Shown here: positions 1-14,639 of the stretch, in pieces
How the letters are laid out: each line of letters opens with the position of its first letter
How positions within the stretch are numbered: the stretch's first letter is position 1
Assembly (NCBI GenBank): GCA_043228905.1
Contig: JBHGNT010000009.1
Coordinates: 1,054,001 to 1,118,000 of the forward strand
Direction of reading: 5' to 3'
Source of the DNA: Azolla caroliniana
Taxonomy: Eukaryota; Plantae; Polypodiophyta
DNA: 64,000 bases
Position numbers and translations under genes: made by a program
Notes under the pieces: model-generated
What the model was told of the DNA's origin: nothing
Seen by the model: the letters and a program-made list of their open reading frames with translations, nothing else
The model's database searches: none

Positions 1-395
1 AAATTCACTCACATTGAGAGAAAGAGAAACACATACCTATATAAACAATAGGATTTGGAAATGTAAGCGGATTGGTGTGTGCTTGAAAACAAGCATAGAG
101 CCTCTATCCACAAGTGCAAAGGGTCTAAGAAGAAAATGCCAAAATGTTGACAGTGCAAAACGTCACAGTTGATAGAACATAATTAAAGTGGATATGTATA
201 TATTAAAAATAAACAAGTTGAAAAGACATGCAGAACATCCAAAAAGAACCCAAGTTGGTATTAATTGAAGAAATTGTACATGAGATGATGTGAGATCATT
301 GCTCTTATATTCTCCCCAAGTAAAAAAAAACCCAAAATGAATCCCCCCTAAATGTCCAAATCTTATTATTTATATAGATTTTTGTGCCTCTCCAC

Positions 396-417
396 GTGTG
401 TGTGTGTGTGTGTGTGT
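396..417. repeat. (GT)n microsatellite
   Basis: Direct inspection. Confidence 0.9.
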
Positions 418-1786
418 TGACTTTAGCATATTTGTGCTTTTTGCTAAAATTGGACGCCTAAGTTTTGTAAACCTCGTTTCAACATAGGTGTGCTTTCACA
501 AGTCCTTCCTACTGAACTTGTATTATTAAGAATAGATTTTGATCATTAAAATCTGCTAACCTATCGGTAGTTTATAATGTGTTACAAAAATAAAGTACAG
601 GATTTGAAACCCGCACCTCACTCTAGCACAAAATCAACCAAGTTTTACCTTTCAAAATGCCTTATAAAAATCCTAGTGCACGTAATTGTACGGAATAATG
701 TGGTTCAGAGTGCTTCAAATCCATTGATGTCAAGTTCATTCATCTCTGAAACTCTAGTTCCAAACCTAGAAATAAAAGTTGGTTGGCCTCACATTGACTA
801 CCTTGTGAGATCCTCGATCTTTACACACTAGTGAGGGAAGCATAATTGTCACTATGTTCGTGAACGATGCTTCGAACCACTAGGATTATGAACAAGTAGA
901 TGTCAAACCTTCCCATTTTTGTCTATTGATCTTCAATAGACTTTACGGCGGTTCAATGTGGATGTATCATTCATAGTCAATATCCAGTGCTTATATCACA
1001 CTGGAGATTTAGAACTTTGCACCTATAGAGCTACACCATCTTCACGTCAAACATTTGTCTTCTAATTAGAATTCCTATCCCTGAAGTATTTACTTCACAA
1101 CAACATTCTTCCAGAAACATCAAAATGCAGTTGCAAGACATCCATGCAGTTATACAAATAAGTGGATCCAACATATAATAATGTAAACCTTTTGAAAACT
1201 AATCATCAAGCACCTATTTCATTTATGTACAAGGACTTGGCACCTCCATCAATTTTCTACAATAAACCTGAGTAATTGGGAAATTCAGATGATCCAAAGC
1301 TTCCAGCAACAACGGTCTTAATCCAAGCAGTTCCAACTGCCAGTTTCATTTCTGCCATAGTTCGTAGCAACGTCGATGACATAAATACCATCTTCAACAT
1401 TCAAATGTATACATTCTGAACACCATTTGTCAAACATACATCCACCTGTAGAAGTGATTGCATGGACAATAGAAGAGCCCTTCTTAGTAATTGGGAATCT
1501 ACCTATGGATGCACATGATTGATGGGCTCCAAGGGATTAACGAGGGGTTGTCACAGTCTAAGGTATGGAGCATAGGACAAGATTCCACCAAGTGGCAGAC
1601 AAGGGCCACTTTCCGGCTGTGCTCATTGTTGAGAAAAATAACCATATTACAACCATTATAAATTTCTAACACTTGTCATTAAAAAGTAGAACAATGGATC
1701 ATATTATTGAATGGAACCTTAAATGAAATAGAAGCGTGGATCTTTCTTTATTAAGAGGCTTCAAAGTAGATAATAGAAGCACATAC

Positions 1787-4639
1787 CTTTGGCACCAATA
1801 CATCCATGGCTGCAACTGTCTTTCCATCATCATTAAGACGCATATAGAAAGCTTTGATATCCTTGGGATAATTGTACACTATAACAGGTTTTTTGTATAC
1901 CTCTTCAGTCAAATACCTATAAGAAGTACAATGTCCCTTATTTGGTTGGTTTGACACTCTAAAAGTTTCTTGACTCTTAATATCATATCTATTCGATGGT
2001 GGATATTCCCATTAGGGTATAAATGCATACCTTTCATGTTCAGATGCCAAGTCTATGCCCCATTTCACTTCGTTCTCAAATTTTTTATCGGTCACCTATC
2101 AAAGGATTGAGAGCTAAGAATATTATTTCCCAGTGGCAGAAGAGTAAAATACATTAAATTCATAAGAGAGAACGATATGATATTCTGGCATAGATATTTT
2201 CGAACCTTTTCCAAAATTTTGATTGCTTCAGTGTATGTGATCCTTGCAAACGGAGATGTAGCCACCAAGTGAAGCCGATCAATCGCTGTTTTATCGAATG
2301 TTTTTGACATGAATTCCATATCATCCGCACAATTCTCTAGCAACCATTTGCATAGAAACTTCACACAGTCCTCGGCACAATTCATATCATCCTTAAGGAA
2401 AATGAAAAAACCATCCCAATCAACACATATAGTTTCAAACGTTTACACTGAGAAAACAAAATTAAAAAACCATCTTACCTCAAGATCTGCAAATGAAATT
2501 TCAGGTTCTACCATCCAAAACTCAGCTAGGTGCCGAGTTGTATGAGAGTTTTCTGCCCTGAAAGTAGGACCAAATGTGTACACATTGCTAAGCCCACATG
2601 CATAAGTCTCTACTTGAAGTTGCCCAGAGACGGTCAGAAATGCTTGTCTCGAGAAGAAATCTTGTGAGTAATCTACAGAGCCATCATCTTTCTTCGGCAT
2701 ACCAGGTTTGAATCTATTCCTAGCCTCCAACTGTGCCAATAACCCTTTCGCTTGGTTGAGCTCTTGTACACAAGAAGCCAAAGCATTCTTATCACCACTT
2801 TTCTTCACTTCTTTTACAGCCTCACCCTTGAGATTTATGGCATTCATGGCTGTTTCGAGCTCAGACACTGATGGAGGAGGGTTGTTCTTTGCCTCTTTAT
2901 CTCTTCTTTCTGCCTCATGAAATAGAGTTGTGACTTGGAACATCTCCCCTGCACCCTCACAATCGCTCGTCGTTATTATAGGTGTGTGTACATACAAAAA
3001 CCCATTTTGCTGGAAAAATGTATGGATTGCATAGGCTAGTGCATTGCGAATCCTTGCAACAGCAGCTATCTGCACATTATTATATCACGTAATACTTCAA
3101 ATATGAAGTTTGGGAAGTTTTTTCTTAATCAGATCATATTCTAAATGAACTTTGGGATGCTCTTTTTCTAAGAAAAGCTTATTTCTCAGAAAGTGCTTTT
3201 CTAGCCAAATCATATTCAAAGTTGTACCATGGGGAAAAAACATTCTACACAAAATGTGCATTTATATGCATTATGACATGTCGGAGATGAAGTTGAAGTT
3301 TTTGGTTATCACTACAGCATATCTAAGCTTATTTTTTCTAAACAAAGCATAAATTTCTATATTATTATTCTAGTAAGGTTTATACCGTGTTAGTTCGGGA
3401 GCGCAAATGCAAATGGTTGCGAAGATACTCGAGAGGAAGCCTTGTCTTTGCGATTGGATAAGTGGAAGGATTGCAAGCTCCCACTTCCAAGATCTTTGAG
3501 ACCTTGAATTCAACCTTTTGCTTGGTACCTTCAGGTGGCTTTTTAAGCTCACCTTCAACAAGAATACTTGTTCCAGTTGGAGTAAGTTGTTGAAGGGGGA
3601 TGATACTGGCATCAACAATAACCTGCATTAAACATTACTTATTATTCACGAATGCATCATGATTCACGCCACAACATTGAAGGCAAGCTCCAAATATTGT
3701 CCCTCTTTTTGGAGTTCATAAAGAGAGAAAAAATAGCGAAAAATGGCACCATTTCCCACTAGGAAAACATGCCTACGACACTGAAAAATATGATTATAAA
3801 CTCAATAGCAAACATTAAAGAAAATTTCAAAAGGTGAAAAGGGTCATGACAAAAGTCCATGGGAGATGAGTTTAAAAAAATATTTTTTCTGATATGAAAG
3901 ACATCACGAAATGCTGAATAAATCCTGACATTATAGTCACACAACAACAGTTTGTTTCACACAATACTTATCCTATACTTGCTGGATTGACGATATTTCG
4001 TAATTGGACAGTATCCAGATATTGTGATTCACCACTGGGCAGGTTTCATATGTAATGCATATCACAGGAATTTAGGAGAAAACACAGAATCTAAATGATT
4101 TCAATAGAATTTCTTTTTGATAGGATTCCTTTTCATTTACAAATAATTTACAGCACAGTTTCCACAAAAATCGAAGTGAATAGATATTACATATCATTTT
4201 ATCTGCACAAATAATGCATATATTTTCGAGCTTATTTTCTCCATGAAAACCATCCACCCAAAATAAATAGAAAGAAGAAAGCAAAAACATAAAAAACTGC
4301 GATAACGATAAATATATAATCAAACCTTCAAAAGGTACATAATATGTAAAAATTATAATAAAAACTAACCTGAAGATTGGCAAAGCAAGATCCATCGTTA
4401 ACTTCAAGAAATGCAAAGCTTCCTTTTCCTTGTTCACGACCAGTCTTGACCCATCCTCCAACGACCATGGTTTGACCAACAAGACCAAGACCTCCATCTT
4501 GACTTCCTAGAATAGACTTAATGATCACTCTTTTGGAATATTTTGCTCTTTCCACCATATATCCACCAGACGATTTGTCACCATCACCATCATCAACAAC
4601 AATGTTAGAAGAAGCACTAATTTCACCAGTATCTCCCAT
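1787..4639 (-). CDS. Cytosolic asparaginyl-tRNA synthetase (SYNC1-like, WHEP insertion), 3'-partial. Exons 4639-4370, 3622-3386, 3069-2479, 2391-2206, 2095-2031, 1916-1787; remaining exons not found in the window
   Basis: OB-fold motifs [24 protein letters not shown] and HLRSRTNT; [14 protein letters not shown]; TVSGQLQVE; [24 protein letters not shown]; [11 protein letters not shown]; [17 protein letters not shown] boundaries keep the frame. The C-terminal GGSQRE and GFGLGFER exons are not seen in 1-1786. Confidence 0.95.
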
Positions 4640-4836
4640 ATTGGAAATTTCCCCTGTGCTGGGAATTAATGAAGAAAACCCACCATTAGAAACAGGGGAG
4701 TCATCAAAGGAAAGGGGGTTTTGTTTTAAATAATAAATGGTAACCTTAGTTTATACAAACAGAAGGAAAAAGAAGAATTTTAAATAAAAATGTGGGTTTT
4801 CTAGAAATACCTGTGGTAGATAGAAAGGATATGCTG

Positions 4837-5068
4837 ATGGTCTCTGATCAGTGATTATCTTAATTCTTCTAGGGTAAAAGGAAGGGGAGAGTCATGGGCC
4901 TTAAATTACATAAATAGCCAGCCAAATTTTAGAACTATCGAGAATCGGCCGATGGTCTCTGATCAGTGATGACCTTAATTCTTCTAGGGTAAAAGAAAGG
5001 GAATAGTCATGGGTCTTAAATTACATAAATAGCCAGCCAAATTTTAGAACTATCGAAAATCGGCCGAT
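4837..5068. repeat. Tandem duplication of about 113 bp in the AsnRS promoter/5' region
   Basis: gatggtctctgatcagtgat...tagccagccaaattttagaactatcga..atcggccgat occurs twice. Confidence 0.85.
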
Positions 5069-5683
5069 CCATCTAGGATCGGACGGTAATGATCTCGAAA
5101 CTACTTTGCCTTGGATTCACCCGTTATGACCTAGAAAGTAGTGTTAACATCGAGATAGGCTTTTGGTCTAGAAAGTGCTCTGCCTTGGATTCGCCTGTTG
5201 TGGTCTAGAAAGCACTGTCAACGATAGGATATAGTCTGTCGCAAACCTGAGCCTGCTCATGGAGATACGTTTCGCAAATATAACCTATTAATGCTCAATA
5301 GAAACGTTATCGATGGGATGATGGGCTAGTTAGTTAGTTAACGCAACATTACGGTTTGCAAGATGGTGTTGTGGTCTTCAATATTATGTTACGTGGTTGA
5401 CTTAACGCAAAAATGACTTGATATTTCCCCCCGCCACCCCTTGTTCTTGATGAATGATTTTGTGAATCTATAGCTTTTGTTGGGTACAGGAGCTTCATTC
5501 ACAAGAAGAGCACAAAAGTTACAAAGAACATGGAAACAAATCTAATGGACTATATAATAATGGAAAACAATGCTAACGTACAACAACAACTCTTTGATTA
5601 TTTGTGGAAGAACTTTGAATAGCAAAGGTACAACTACATAGGAGAGAACCTTGCCCTTGGTCATATGTCACTCATAAGTAGCA

Positions 5684-5850
5684 GCTTACTACCAAGCATC
5701 CCTAACATGGGTTAATGAGACAAAGAAGAATTGAACTTTAAAACCCACTCCACAAAAAATATTGCCTTACTGCCAAGCACCCCTAACATGGGTTAATGAG
5801 ACAAAGACGAATTGGACTTTAAAACCCACTTTGCAAAAAATATTGCCTGC
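5684..5850. repeat. Tandem duplication of about 82 bp
   Basis: cttact.ccaagca.ccctaacatgggttaatgagacaaaga.gaattg.actttaaaacccact occurs twice. Confidence 0.8.
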
Positions 5851-7996
5851 TTACAATACCAAGTGTTATGCACAATCAAACACTTAACCAAATGAAATAC
5901 TAACACTTTGTGTAGTCATTTTGAAACTAGAAAGAAATATTATGGATTGACACTTGAAATGTTGTCAACAAGGATAATGATGAGTATCTTGCATGAACAA
6001 TAGACTAACCCTCAGTCAAGTGTCACCCACTCGTAGCATGAATTCATCATAATCCAAACAAGGATTGGGATTTGGACATTAAAACCCACTCCAGAAAAAC
6101 CATGGCCTTCTACCATGCTAGAAGTTGTACCCAATATCAAATGAAATCCTAACACTATGAAGTCATTGTGTAACTAAAAATATATTATTACAAGTTGGTG
6201 GAAGCTTACAAAGTTGCCAATGGGGGAAATCACAAGAATATCGGAGCATGATTCTTAGTTTTAAGATCTTATCATGATGCAAAGATCATGCATTATACAA
6301 TATTCTTGTGCACGTGTGTGGTTATGTTGGTTTGCACATAAGCTTCATGGTAGCAAAACACCAAGCCACCTCCACAGAAGCAAGTTATTTATCATTAATG
6401 GCCACATGCAAGCAACTACTCTCACCATCAACTATACATATTCAAATTACCTTTGTGTCCAATACAACATCCAAGTTGGGTCTTCATCACGTGGGGCATC
6501 TAATTCGATGTGACTCAAGATAAGTTATTCAATTTATTTGATCTTCACCCATCAAATGCCCCAATCATATGGTTGGATAGTGGTCACCACTATATGTAGT
6601 TCATGATCATCAAGATTCAAGCCATAGGCATTTATTAATAATGATGAGCGAGCATCAAGGAGAGATATAAATGACCCCAATTGCACGTTTGATGGCATGG
6701 TGAACAAGTGTCTCTTGATTGTTTTGCCAATGGGAAAATGTACATATGTCGAATGATGAGAAAACATTACATTGAACATGATTTTTGGACGAGTGAGGAT
6801 GGCTAGTTTATTAATGATCTTGTAGCAAATTTGTAGAGACTTTAGTGGACTTTGATGATGGTCATATCCCATACATTCCTCCACAAGTTCAATGTCAACC
6901 ACCCAAAGTCAACTAATCATTATTATTAATAATATTCCAATTAGGTAAAGGGAGCCAATAATTAAGGCTTAATGTTCATTTGATTGTATTTAAAAGCATA
7001 GGTGTATCTCAAACATTTTTAGAATGCTTGAGAGTATTCTAGTGATCTTAAAACGATGTATCAAGGTATTGGGTGATTGTTAGGGGCAATCAATTATTTT
7101 ATTAGAAAGTTCTAGGTATTTTGGTGTGCAAGAAAAAATGAGAAGATAGTATACAATCTAACATAATGGTTCAGAATATAATTGTTGTGTTCAATCATGA
7201 AAGAATTGAATCTTTATTTCCTACTTCAAATCTTGAGTTAAGCATATTTGAACTCTAATGTTGACTTATTTCATCGCATAGTCACAAAAGCATTCAGAAC
7301 TTGAATGAAGGAAAAAAAACTGGATGATCAAATACCTTTTTCATCAATAATCAACAGCAAAAATGCTTCTCAATTCAACGTGTACTGTTATAATGAACAA
7401 AAACATATGCTGGTGAATATTGTTCTTTTTTTCAAAATATTTAGTACATTGTTGATTGGATAAACTTTCTTTTGCTGATTCAATCTCAGTTGAAACTGAT
7501 AACACACGGAACTAGTATTTGTGATTTGATAGCAGGCATTCATCGCCTTTGAAAAGCAAAGAAACTTGAGATTAGTAGCAAACCTCAATAACTTTCATTG
7601 ATGCATACCATCACTGCCACATTTTCATTTTGATGAGATTATTTTCCATTCATACTAAGATTTTCCAACAGTAATACATGTATAGCATTCATTATAGAGC
7701 ATTTTTGTTTATGTACAGATATGATGATAGTTCATATAAACACTGCTTGACTCTGATTAAACTTAGCAGGTTTTCTTGAGACAACTTTTTACAAAATTAA
7801 GGTACTAACAAAAAGCATTGTGCAAATCCTCCTCATTTATATAAGAATATGTACAAGACTCTTGGAAAGATATTTGGACAAAAAAGTCTGGAACATACAA
7901 GAAGAAAGACATTTCACACTCTCTACAGGAGCAAACAAAAGCCTTCAAAATAATGCTTTGTTGAAAGATTACTTATGAACCAGATATCCTCTTGAC

Positions 7997-10332
7997 TTAT
8001 TTCCGGAGGAGATGTCTTGCCCTTTGATTGGCACCGTCAATTCTTTCATTGAGAGTCGAGACATCTTTGTCGAGATCTTTCAAATAAACCATTTGGCTAC
8101 AAAAAGAACAGAAATTTACTTGTTTTGCAATGTGAAAATTTTGCAAATAAACGAAATACTTCCAATGTGAAGTATTATCTATCTTATGCATGGAGTTAAT
8201 TCTGCAAATAACCAAAAACTATTTTCAAAGCAGTGTCATGTTATGCAAGAAGTTGATTTTCGCAGAGTCAAATACTGTAAAAATGCAAGACGCAATTTTG
8301 GGATTATCCAATATTTTCAAAATGCACTGTCCTATCAAACAACTGATTTCACAAGTAAATACTTCCAAAATGCAATATTCGGTTGAAATACCTTGATAAT
8401 TCCTTTCCCATATCTACACTCATGCCTTTTAACTCTTCCAAAATATCACTCACATCCGACAAACCATCATCTTGTTTCTTTCTCTCCATCTAAAACCAAA
8501 ATACATGAAAAATAAGAAATAAGGATTACAATTGGGTCCTGGCAACATAACTAAGCATTCTAGGAAGATCAAATGATGATGCAGACCCAAACAACTTACA
8601 TTGAGAATTTCTTGTGTGCTCTGTTGTCCATTGGAATGAATAGGAGCACGATCCTTGGACTTACCCTTATTGATCCCAAGAGCGACACGTTGTTCCGTGT
8701 GGTTTGCTCTTCTCTTAAATGAATCATCTATGCATAAAATAATGACGATGAGAAAAGAATCTAACAGTCATCTATCTATTTTAGGATGTTAAACAAAATT
8801 ATGCTAAAAATATATAAAAAATACATACTTTTTGATAAAGCAGGGCCAATAATAGGGCGAGAATTTTGTGGCTTCCATGTCCTTGAAAACATGCCACCCA
8901 GACTTCCCAACAATGTCTCTCCCTGAAAGAAAAAAGAAAAAAAGCTGTAGCCTTCTTCCATGATTAATTTTCCCATTCCCTTATTCAGTTTGCCTTTTTT
9001 TCTTTTTGGAAGATTTTAAATGTTCATCCATGTTGGAAGTCATTATATTCATTGTGATTTTCTTGGGTTTCACAATACTATATTTCTTACATAATTTAGA
9101 TACTATTTTTTTAGCATTATGTCATTTCCACGACCCATGATGAAGGTGGTGAGACCAGGTAGACACATTGTTTGAGATAAAAAGCGTTCACATAAGGGTA
9201 ACATAGCCTTTATATGCCACAAATACCCTAGGTCTACGTCCAAACCTTAGCTATTCAAAATTACTTCTCATTTATCCATGGAAACTTGTTTTTAGACATT
9301 TTCCAATGTGCTATAGAAAGGCCAGGGGTCACTATGTAAGATAGATATGTTAACCAGCACTTTAAAACCCTAAACAAAGATTGTTTTCCCATTGTAACAT
9401 TTTTGGAAACCTTGCTGAGGTTCCAATCTGTTTTTACACATTTTTCCATGTGCTAGAGAGCTCATAGGTCAATATGTAAGATACATATGTCCACCATCAA
9501 AATTGAAAACTAAAAACAAAGATTATTATTTTTTGCTATTATAACTTTTTTTACGAACCTTGCTAAGGTTTTGATCGATATCAACAGCGACTTCATGGGT
9601 TCTTTTGATTTTTTCGCCTTGTTCGTGCAATGACAATAAAGTTTGAGTGGCATCGCCCCTTAGATCTTCCGCCACTTTAAGACAATTCTGTACCGAATTC
9701 GTGGTCTCTTTGGATTTCTGAATTGAGTATCCTTCAAGATCTTCAATGCTCTTATACTCAAGAGCATCGTTCCCACGGAACTCAGAGTTCTGGTATCGGA
9801 ATCCCGACGAAGGTTCTTCCCGTGAATCTCCAGAAAACAGATCCCCCCGGCCCTTGATCGGTGTTTTCTCAGAATCTCCCTTCCGCACATGGCTTGTCAT
9901 TCCATTAGATTCTTTGGGGTCATTCTTGTATTTGAATAGGTTTGGGGATGGATTTTTTACTAACCTTTCTTTGTTCCTCTCCTTCTTTCTTCTTTGTTCA
10001 GATCTTGCATCATCAACATCATCGAAGAGACTCGTTTTATTGGAGGAAGATGAGTTTTTCTTCGATGATGAAGACGATGGGAAAATACCATTTTGGTTAC
10101 CGAGTTCTTCATCATCATCGAAAGGGTTTAACTGCGATGTTTTCTTAGGGTTCGACTGAGTAAGTTTGGGAGGATTCGCAGGAGGTCGGCTATGGTGTCC
10201 TGCGGCACCATCATCATCATCATCAAAAGGGTTAGATGCCTTGCGATAATTAGAATTCCTTTGTTGTTGGCCTTCTACTTCTTCGTCGGAGTCGAAAGGA
10301 TTGGAAGCAACAGGTCGTCGGGAGATGGGCAT
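7997..10332 (-). CDS. SNAP25-family Qbc-SNARE (SNAP33/SNAP29/SNAP30-like), about 397 aa. Exons 10332-9559, 8922-8829, 8727-8600, 8489-8392, 8096-7997
   Basis: NPF motifs; Qb SNARE (ETTNSVQNCLKVAEDLRGDATQTLLSLHEQGEKIKRTH...GETLLGSLGGMFSRTWKP); Qc SNARE (KQDDGLSDVSDILEELKGMSVDMG...LNERIDGANQRARHLLRK*). Splice phases sum to an open frame. Confidence 0.93.
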
Positions 10333-10754
10333 AGCTTAACAAATCTCTGATGTGAAGGAGGGGCGGGCTCAAATTGGGGTTTTTCTTGTTTTGTCTTTGA
10401 TCGACACCAGGAGGAGAAACAGAGGAATCGATGGCTGGGGCAGGAATTTGAAGAAGAAGGAAGAAGAAGAAGAAGAAGATGAATGAGAGAGAAGAGGAAG
10501 AGGAAGAGGAAATTAAAAAGAAACTGAACACATGAAGAGAAATAAAAAAGAAAGAAAGAAGACAAACAAATCTTTGGTTTGTTTTATGTTTACAAAGTCA
10601 AGATGACTCTGCCTTCAAAACGTGTGTCATAGTTGTTACAAATTGGAATGGATTACATTACATTCTGGACTCGGTCAAGTCAATCGCCCCTTGACTTTCA
10701 TAGCCATCTCTCTCTCGCTCTCTCGGACAATGCCTCCCGCTCAATGCCTCATGT

Positions 10755-10890
10755 CTATGATGTCTATCTACCAGTGCATATGCTTCTCCTGAGATACCCC
10801 CTAGTTTGCATGCCTCTGGTTTTGGGGGGGGGGGGGGGGGGGGGGGGCAGCATCTCGGGAGAAGCATATGCATTGATAAACATGACTCAT
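10755..10890. repeat. Foldback/inverted repeat (MITE-like) with a poly-G loop
   Basis: tgcatatgcttctcctgagat (10775) pairs with atctcgggagaagcatatgca (10852-10872) with 1 mismatch, and the stem extends imperfectly outward. Confidence 0.6.
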
Positions 10891-10934
10891 ATGTGTCAAT
10901 GTGATAGCATGTTTTCATTCACGTCCATAACATG

Positions 10935-11335
10935 CATATGTAATGTTGTTGTGGACATTGGTTTATATGTACTGCAAGGAACTACAACTACTCCTCGGAA
11001 GTTCCTAGTATATTCAAAGTTGCTAAAGTTGCGACTTTAACGTCGATGTTAAAGTTTTGTTCTTAGACATTGGTTTAACTGACTAGTACAATGACTTGCC
11101 ACTATTCCTCTCTAAGTTCTCGGTGCCCTATGTGTGCATACACGTTCGTAGAGCTCCGACTTTTTGTGGTACATTCATTGATGTCAACGTTTGTTCTTGA
11201 ACATTGGTTTATTTGGTGCAACAACTTACCACATCGTTATATAAATATCCTAGATGTATATATGAACTCTATAAGTTATGACTTTTAGTGACACATACGT
11301 TGATGTTAAAGAGTTGATTCTTGAACATTGTGACC
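10935..11335. repeat. Degenerate tandem repeat, period about 120-140 bp, about 4 units
   Basis: Recurring core gatgttaaagttttgttctt(a/g)(g/a)acattggttt. Confidence 0.55.
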
Positions 11336-14300
11336 TTGGCGCATCAATCTACTACTATTTTTAAAGTTTGTCAAATTCAATTGTAGCATCACAACATATG
11401 TTCCCTTTGTCCTATGTGAGCATTAGACATTGGAATTCTCCAACCATTACTAGGATGAATGGCAAATGCATGACTCCTCAATGTTTATAAAATTTAACCT
11501 TGTGTTCCAAGCACCTACATATACATGGAATGTCTCACATTGCCCTAGTTTATCATCAACCAATATAATCCACCCACCATAACTTGAGTGAATCATAAAA
11601 GTGTCCATCAGCCTCTTTCTTCTCTCGTCAAACATACATTATTCTCATCTCATCCCCATCGATTGGTCATTCAATTAAGGGTTAGGGATTACACCATGGA
11701 TTTACAACACAACAACAAGCCCATCTCTTGATACCATCAAGTCCATTATCAAAATGTCATTCGGCATATGGATGCAACCTAAGAACCGGTTTTTGGGACT
11801 ACACTTTCTAATGCCCTCAAAATCTTCTCTTTGTCAAGTAACACTGAATTAAATTAATAAACCAATATAGAGGAAGACATCAAACAAAGGAGGTAAAGGA
11901 AGGAAAATAAATTATGCATAGTGCAAAAACTTTGCATATGAATTTTTTATTTTATATATAGGATGATGAATATCTTGAGTCCAATCAAAGTCATTAATTG
12001 TGTCATTGATTCACCTAATAGTGGATAACTTCGAAGAAAATGTACAAACCAATGTTTAAGATGAGCAATTTGAGATGGCTGCAAACAAATGTTTATGTTT
12101 CATTTTCTTTGGCTCTAATGCTTCAAAAATGATTGTCCATGATATAATTTGTGATGTAAGGAGGAAGTAATATCGATCACTATTTTGTGTAAATAATTTT
12201 TCTTGAAAGGGGAATGTTTTTTATTCGAAGAAATCTTGAATGTGCCACAATTGTCAATGTGGGGGAAGATACTCCCTTGTCCGGTTTGCATGACGACGCA
12301 AAGAGTACATATATCCTTGATATCTGTGTATGTACTATTGATTCACCATCTTCGCCAAAGGTAGGATAAATAGGCTAGTTTTTGAAATTGTATTCCACCT
12401 CATTTACCCTTAGCTCATGAAAGAAATCTAACATGTGTACATGAGGACTTGCGACACAAGGGAAAATGCAGAAGATGCGCTAATTGTCAACGTGTGTAGT
12501 TAGGTATGCTCAACCTCTATACCATATCACGGAATGTTCATTGTGATTGACAAATGTGCATCTTAAAACTTTTGTAATGATACTTGACTTTAGAAACTAA
12601 ACTTCAAGTAGTGTCTTGCTTATAATAAAAATTATGAGAAAATTACAATATTCTATACGTACAATTCATGAATATAGCACAAAATTGAACTACTTAAAAA
12701 GAGATATTCCATATAATTACACAATCAGTTATCAGATCATTATGGAGCTTAAAACAATATGAATTCATATGTTGACCCTCATGTCTCATTTTCCTTGAAC
12801 CCAACAATGGCTATACTTTTACACTAAACAATAAAAAAACTCATGTGTGAACAATCCTCATGTAGTTACTTGATACAATGGTCTTACACTACATTGCCTT
12901 ATTTTGTAAGCAATATATGATGCTTGTTTCTACAATCAGAAGTTCAAGGAAGTTGATTCAGGATGTACAAAGACCCTAACTCTGGAATTATGCTAAATGG
13001 CATATGTATTATTTGAGGATGAGATTCCCGTTAACACAATAAATTTCAGATATGATCTAAATTCTTATAATAATGATCATATAATGTTACTCTAAATGTT
13101 AATAGCACTAAAAGTGCTTGACCAATATGTTTGCATGTTAATTTTTTATAAAACTAAACAGCAAAACTCCGAAAAACTTTTGGTGTGGAGAAAAGAAGTT
13201 TGATAAGAATAAGAAATAAAGCACAAACAATATTGTTAGACACGTTGTCGCATGTTGCATTTCTTAGAACTTACATTATTATAAGCATTTTAGATAGGCA
13301 CTCAAAAATGTAAATCTAAGTTTTGTAAATTGTTGAAGTCAATCACATTGTAAGCCTCTAATGTGGAAACCTCTACAAACTAAAACGTAGAATCGTCAAT
13401 AATATTGGCAACACGTCAATAATTGTTGGTAATAAATTACGAATGACAATAAATAACCGTAAATTAAGACAATCCTAAACAAAAGATGTCATCATGTAAT
13501 GCATTGAGTTTTGACCGTTAAGATTGAATGAATTATCATATTCACAATATACTCTCAGGTTGCTTTAACCTTGCATGAAGGTTGAGGGTCACCGTTTTTA
13601 GTTTCCATGGGGATACACGTACATGAGCGCGAACACACACACACTCAACCATTACTAGTTTAAGATCTCTTAATTGATTTCCCTCCGTCATGCTTATTGG
13701 GTTATATAATTGCATTGGCAAATTTGATGCCCTGATCTTGAATTCATTGACACTCATATCCAAGGTTCTTAAGTTGAGGTTGAAGGGTCTAGTGTAGCCC
13801 ATGCTTTTGTTACCACCCACATTATCATTTATTGATTGAAATGGTCGAAATACTATTGCATACAATGATGATGTTGATTTCTATCTTCGATATTGTTGCT
13901 AAGTTTGTCTCACAAGATGGATCGTGACGTGTGTGCTCAAACATGTTTGTATATAGGGCATACAACCCTACATGTAGTCGTCCTCCATGAATGAGATAAT
14001 TCATGTATATAACATTCAAATTTACAACAAATGAAGAGTTTTTGTGTACACACACATGCACACTTTACAAAGGGTAACTCAAATTTCATTAAGATGCGCG
14101 TACTTTGGCCTTCACGTTTACTATAATCCTAGGACATTCATATGAAGACAATAAGTTGAGCATATACATTATATGCCTCCAACATGAAATAGAGCTTTCT
14201 ATACAAAACATAGTCCATGAATAAACTTTGTGGGATCCAAATTGCACAAGTTACAAATGTTGCCCATGAATCAATACTTTTGAAAGGAAAAAAATGTGTT

Positions 14301-14639
14301 GACCATGTAATGCATTGAAATGGTCAAGGTTAAAACTAAAAACATATTCATTATATATAGTTTACCTCAATGGAAGTGAACAAATGAAAAGTTTTTAAAA
14401 TGTTATGTGCTCAAGTTCATCTAATGTCAACAACTGAAATGGGTTTGTTAACACTACATTATTTCTTCTTGTCTTATGAAATAATGAATAACGTATCCTA
14501 TTAGATTCTCAAAATGTTTATCGCAGTTTTTTCGTTATAGCGTAAGGTGTTAAACTCATTGGTTTTTTTTTTTCTAAAAAAACTCCTTCCATTAGTTATA
14601 AAGATTTTACAGATGAGATTATTATATACAAATCCCTAT

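Noticed and set aside
4640-4900. In-frame open extension upstream of the AsnRS ATG (possible transit peptide), with a candidate intron at 4810-4745
   Set aside because: The frame is open for 35 codons plus part of the upstream exon but reaches TGA without an ATG; most likely 5'UTR
6552-6902. 116-aa ORF with a weak LINE-RT-like stretch (ARSSLLIN)
   Set aside because: No catalytic motifs recoverable; too degenerate to call
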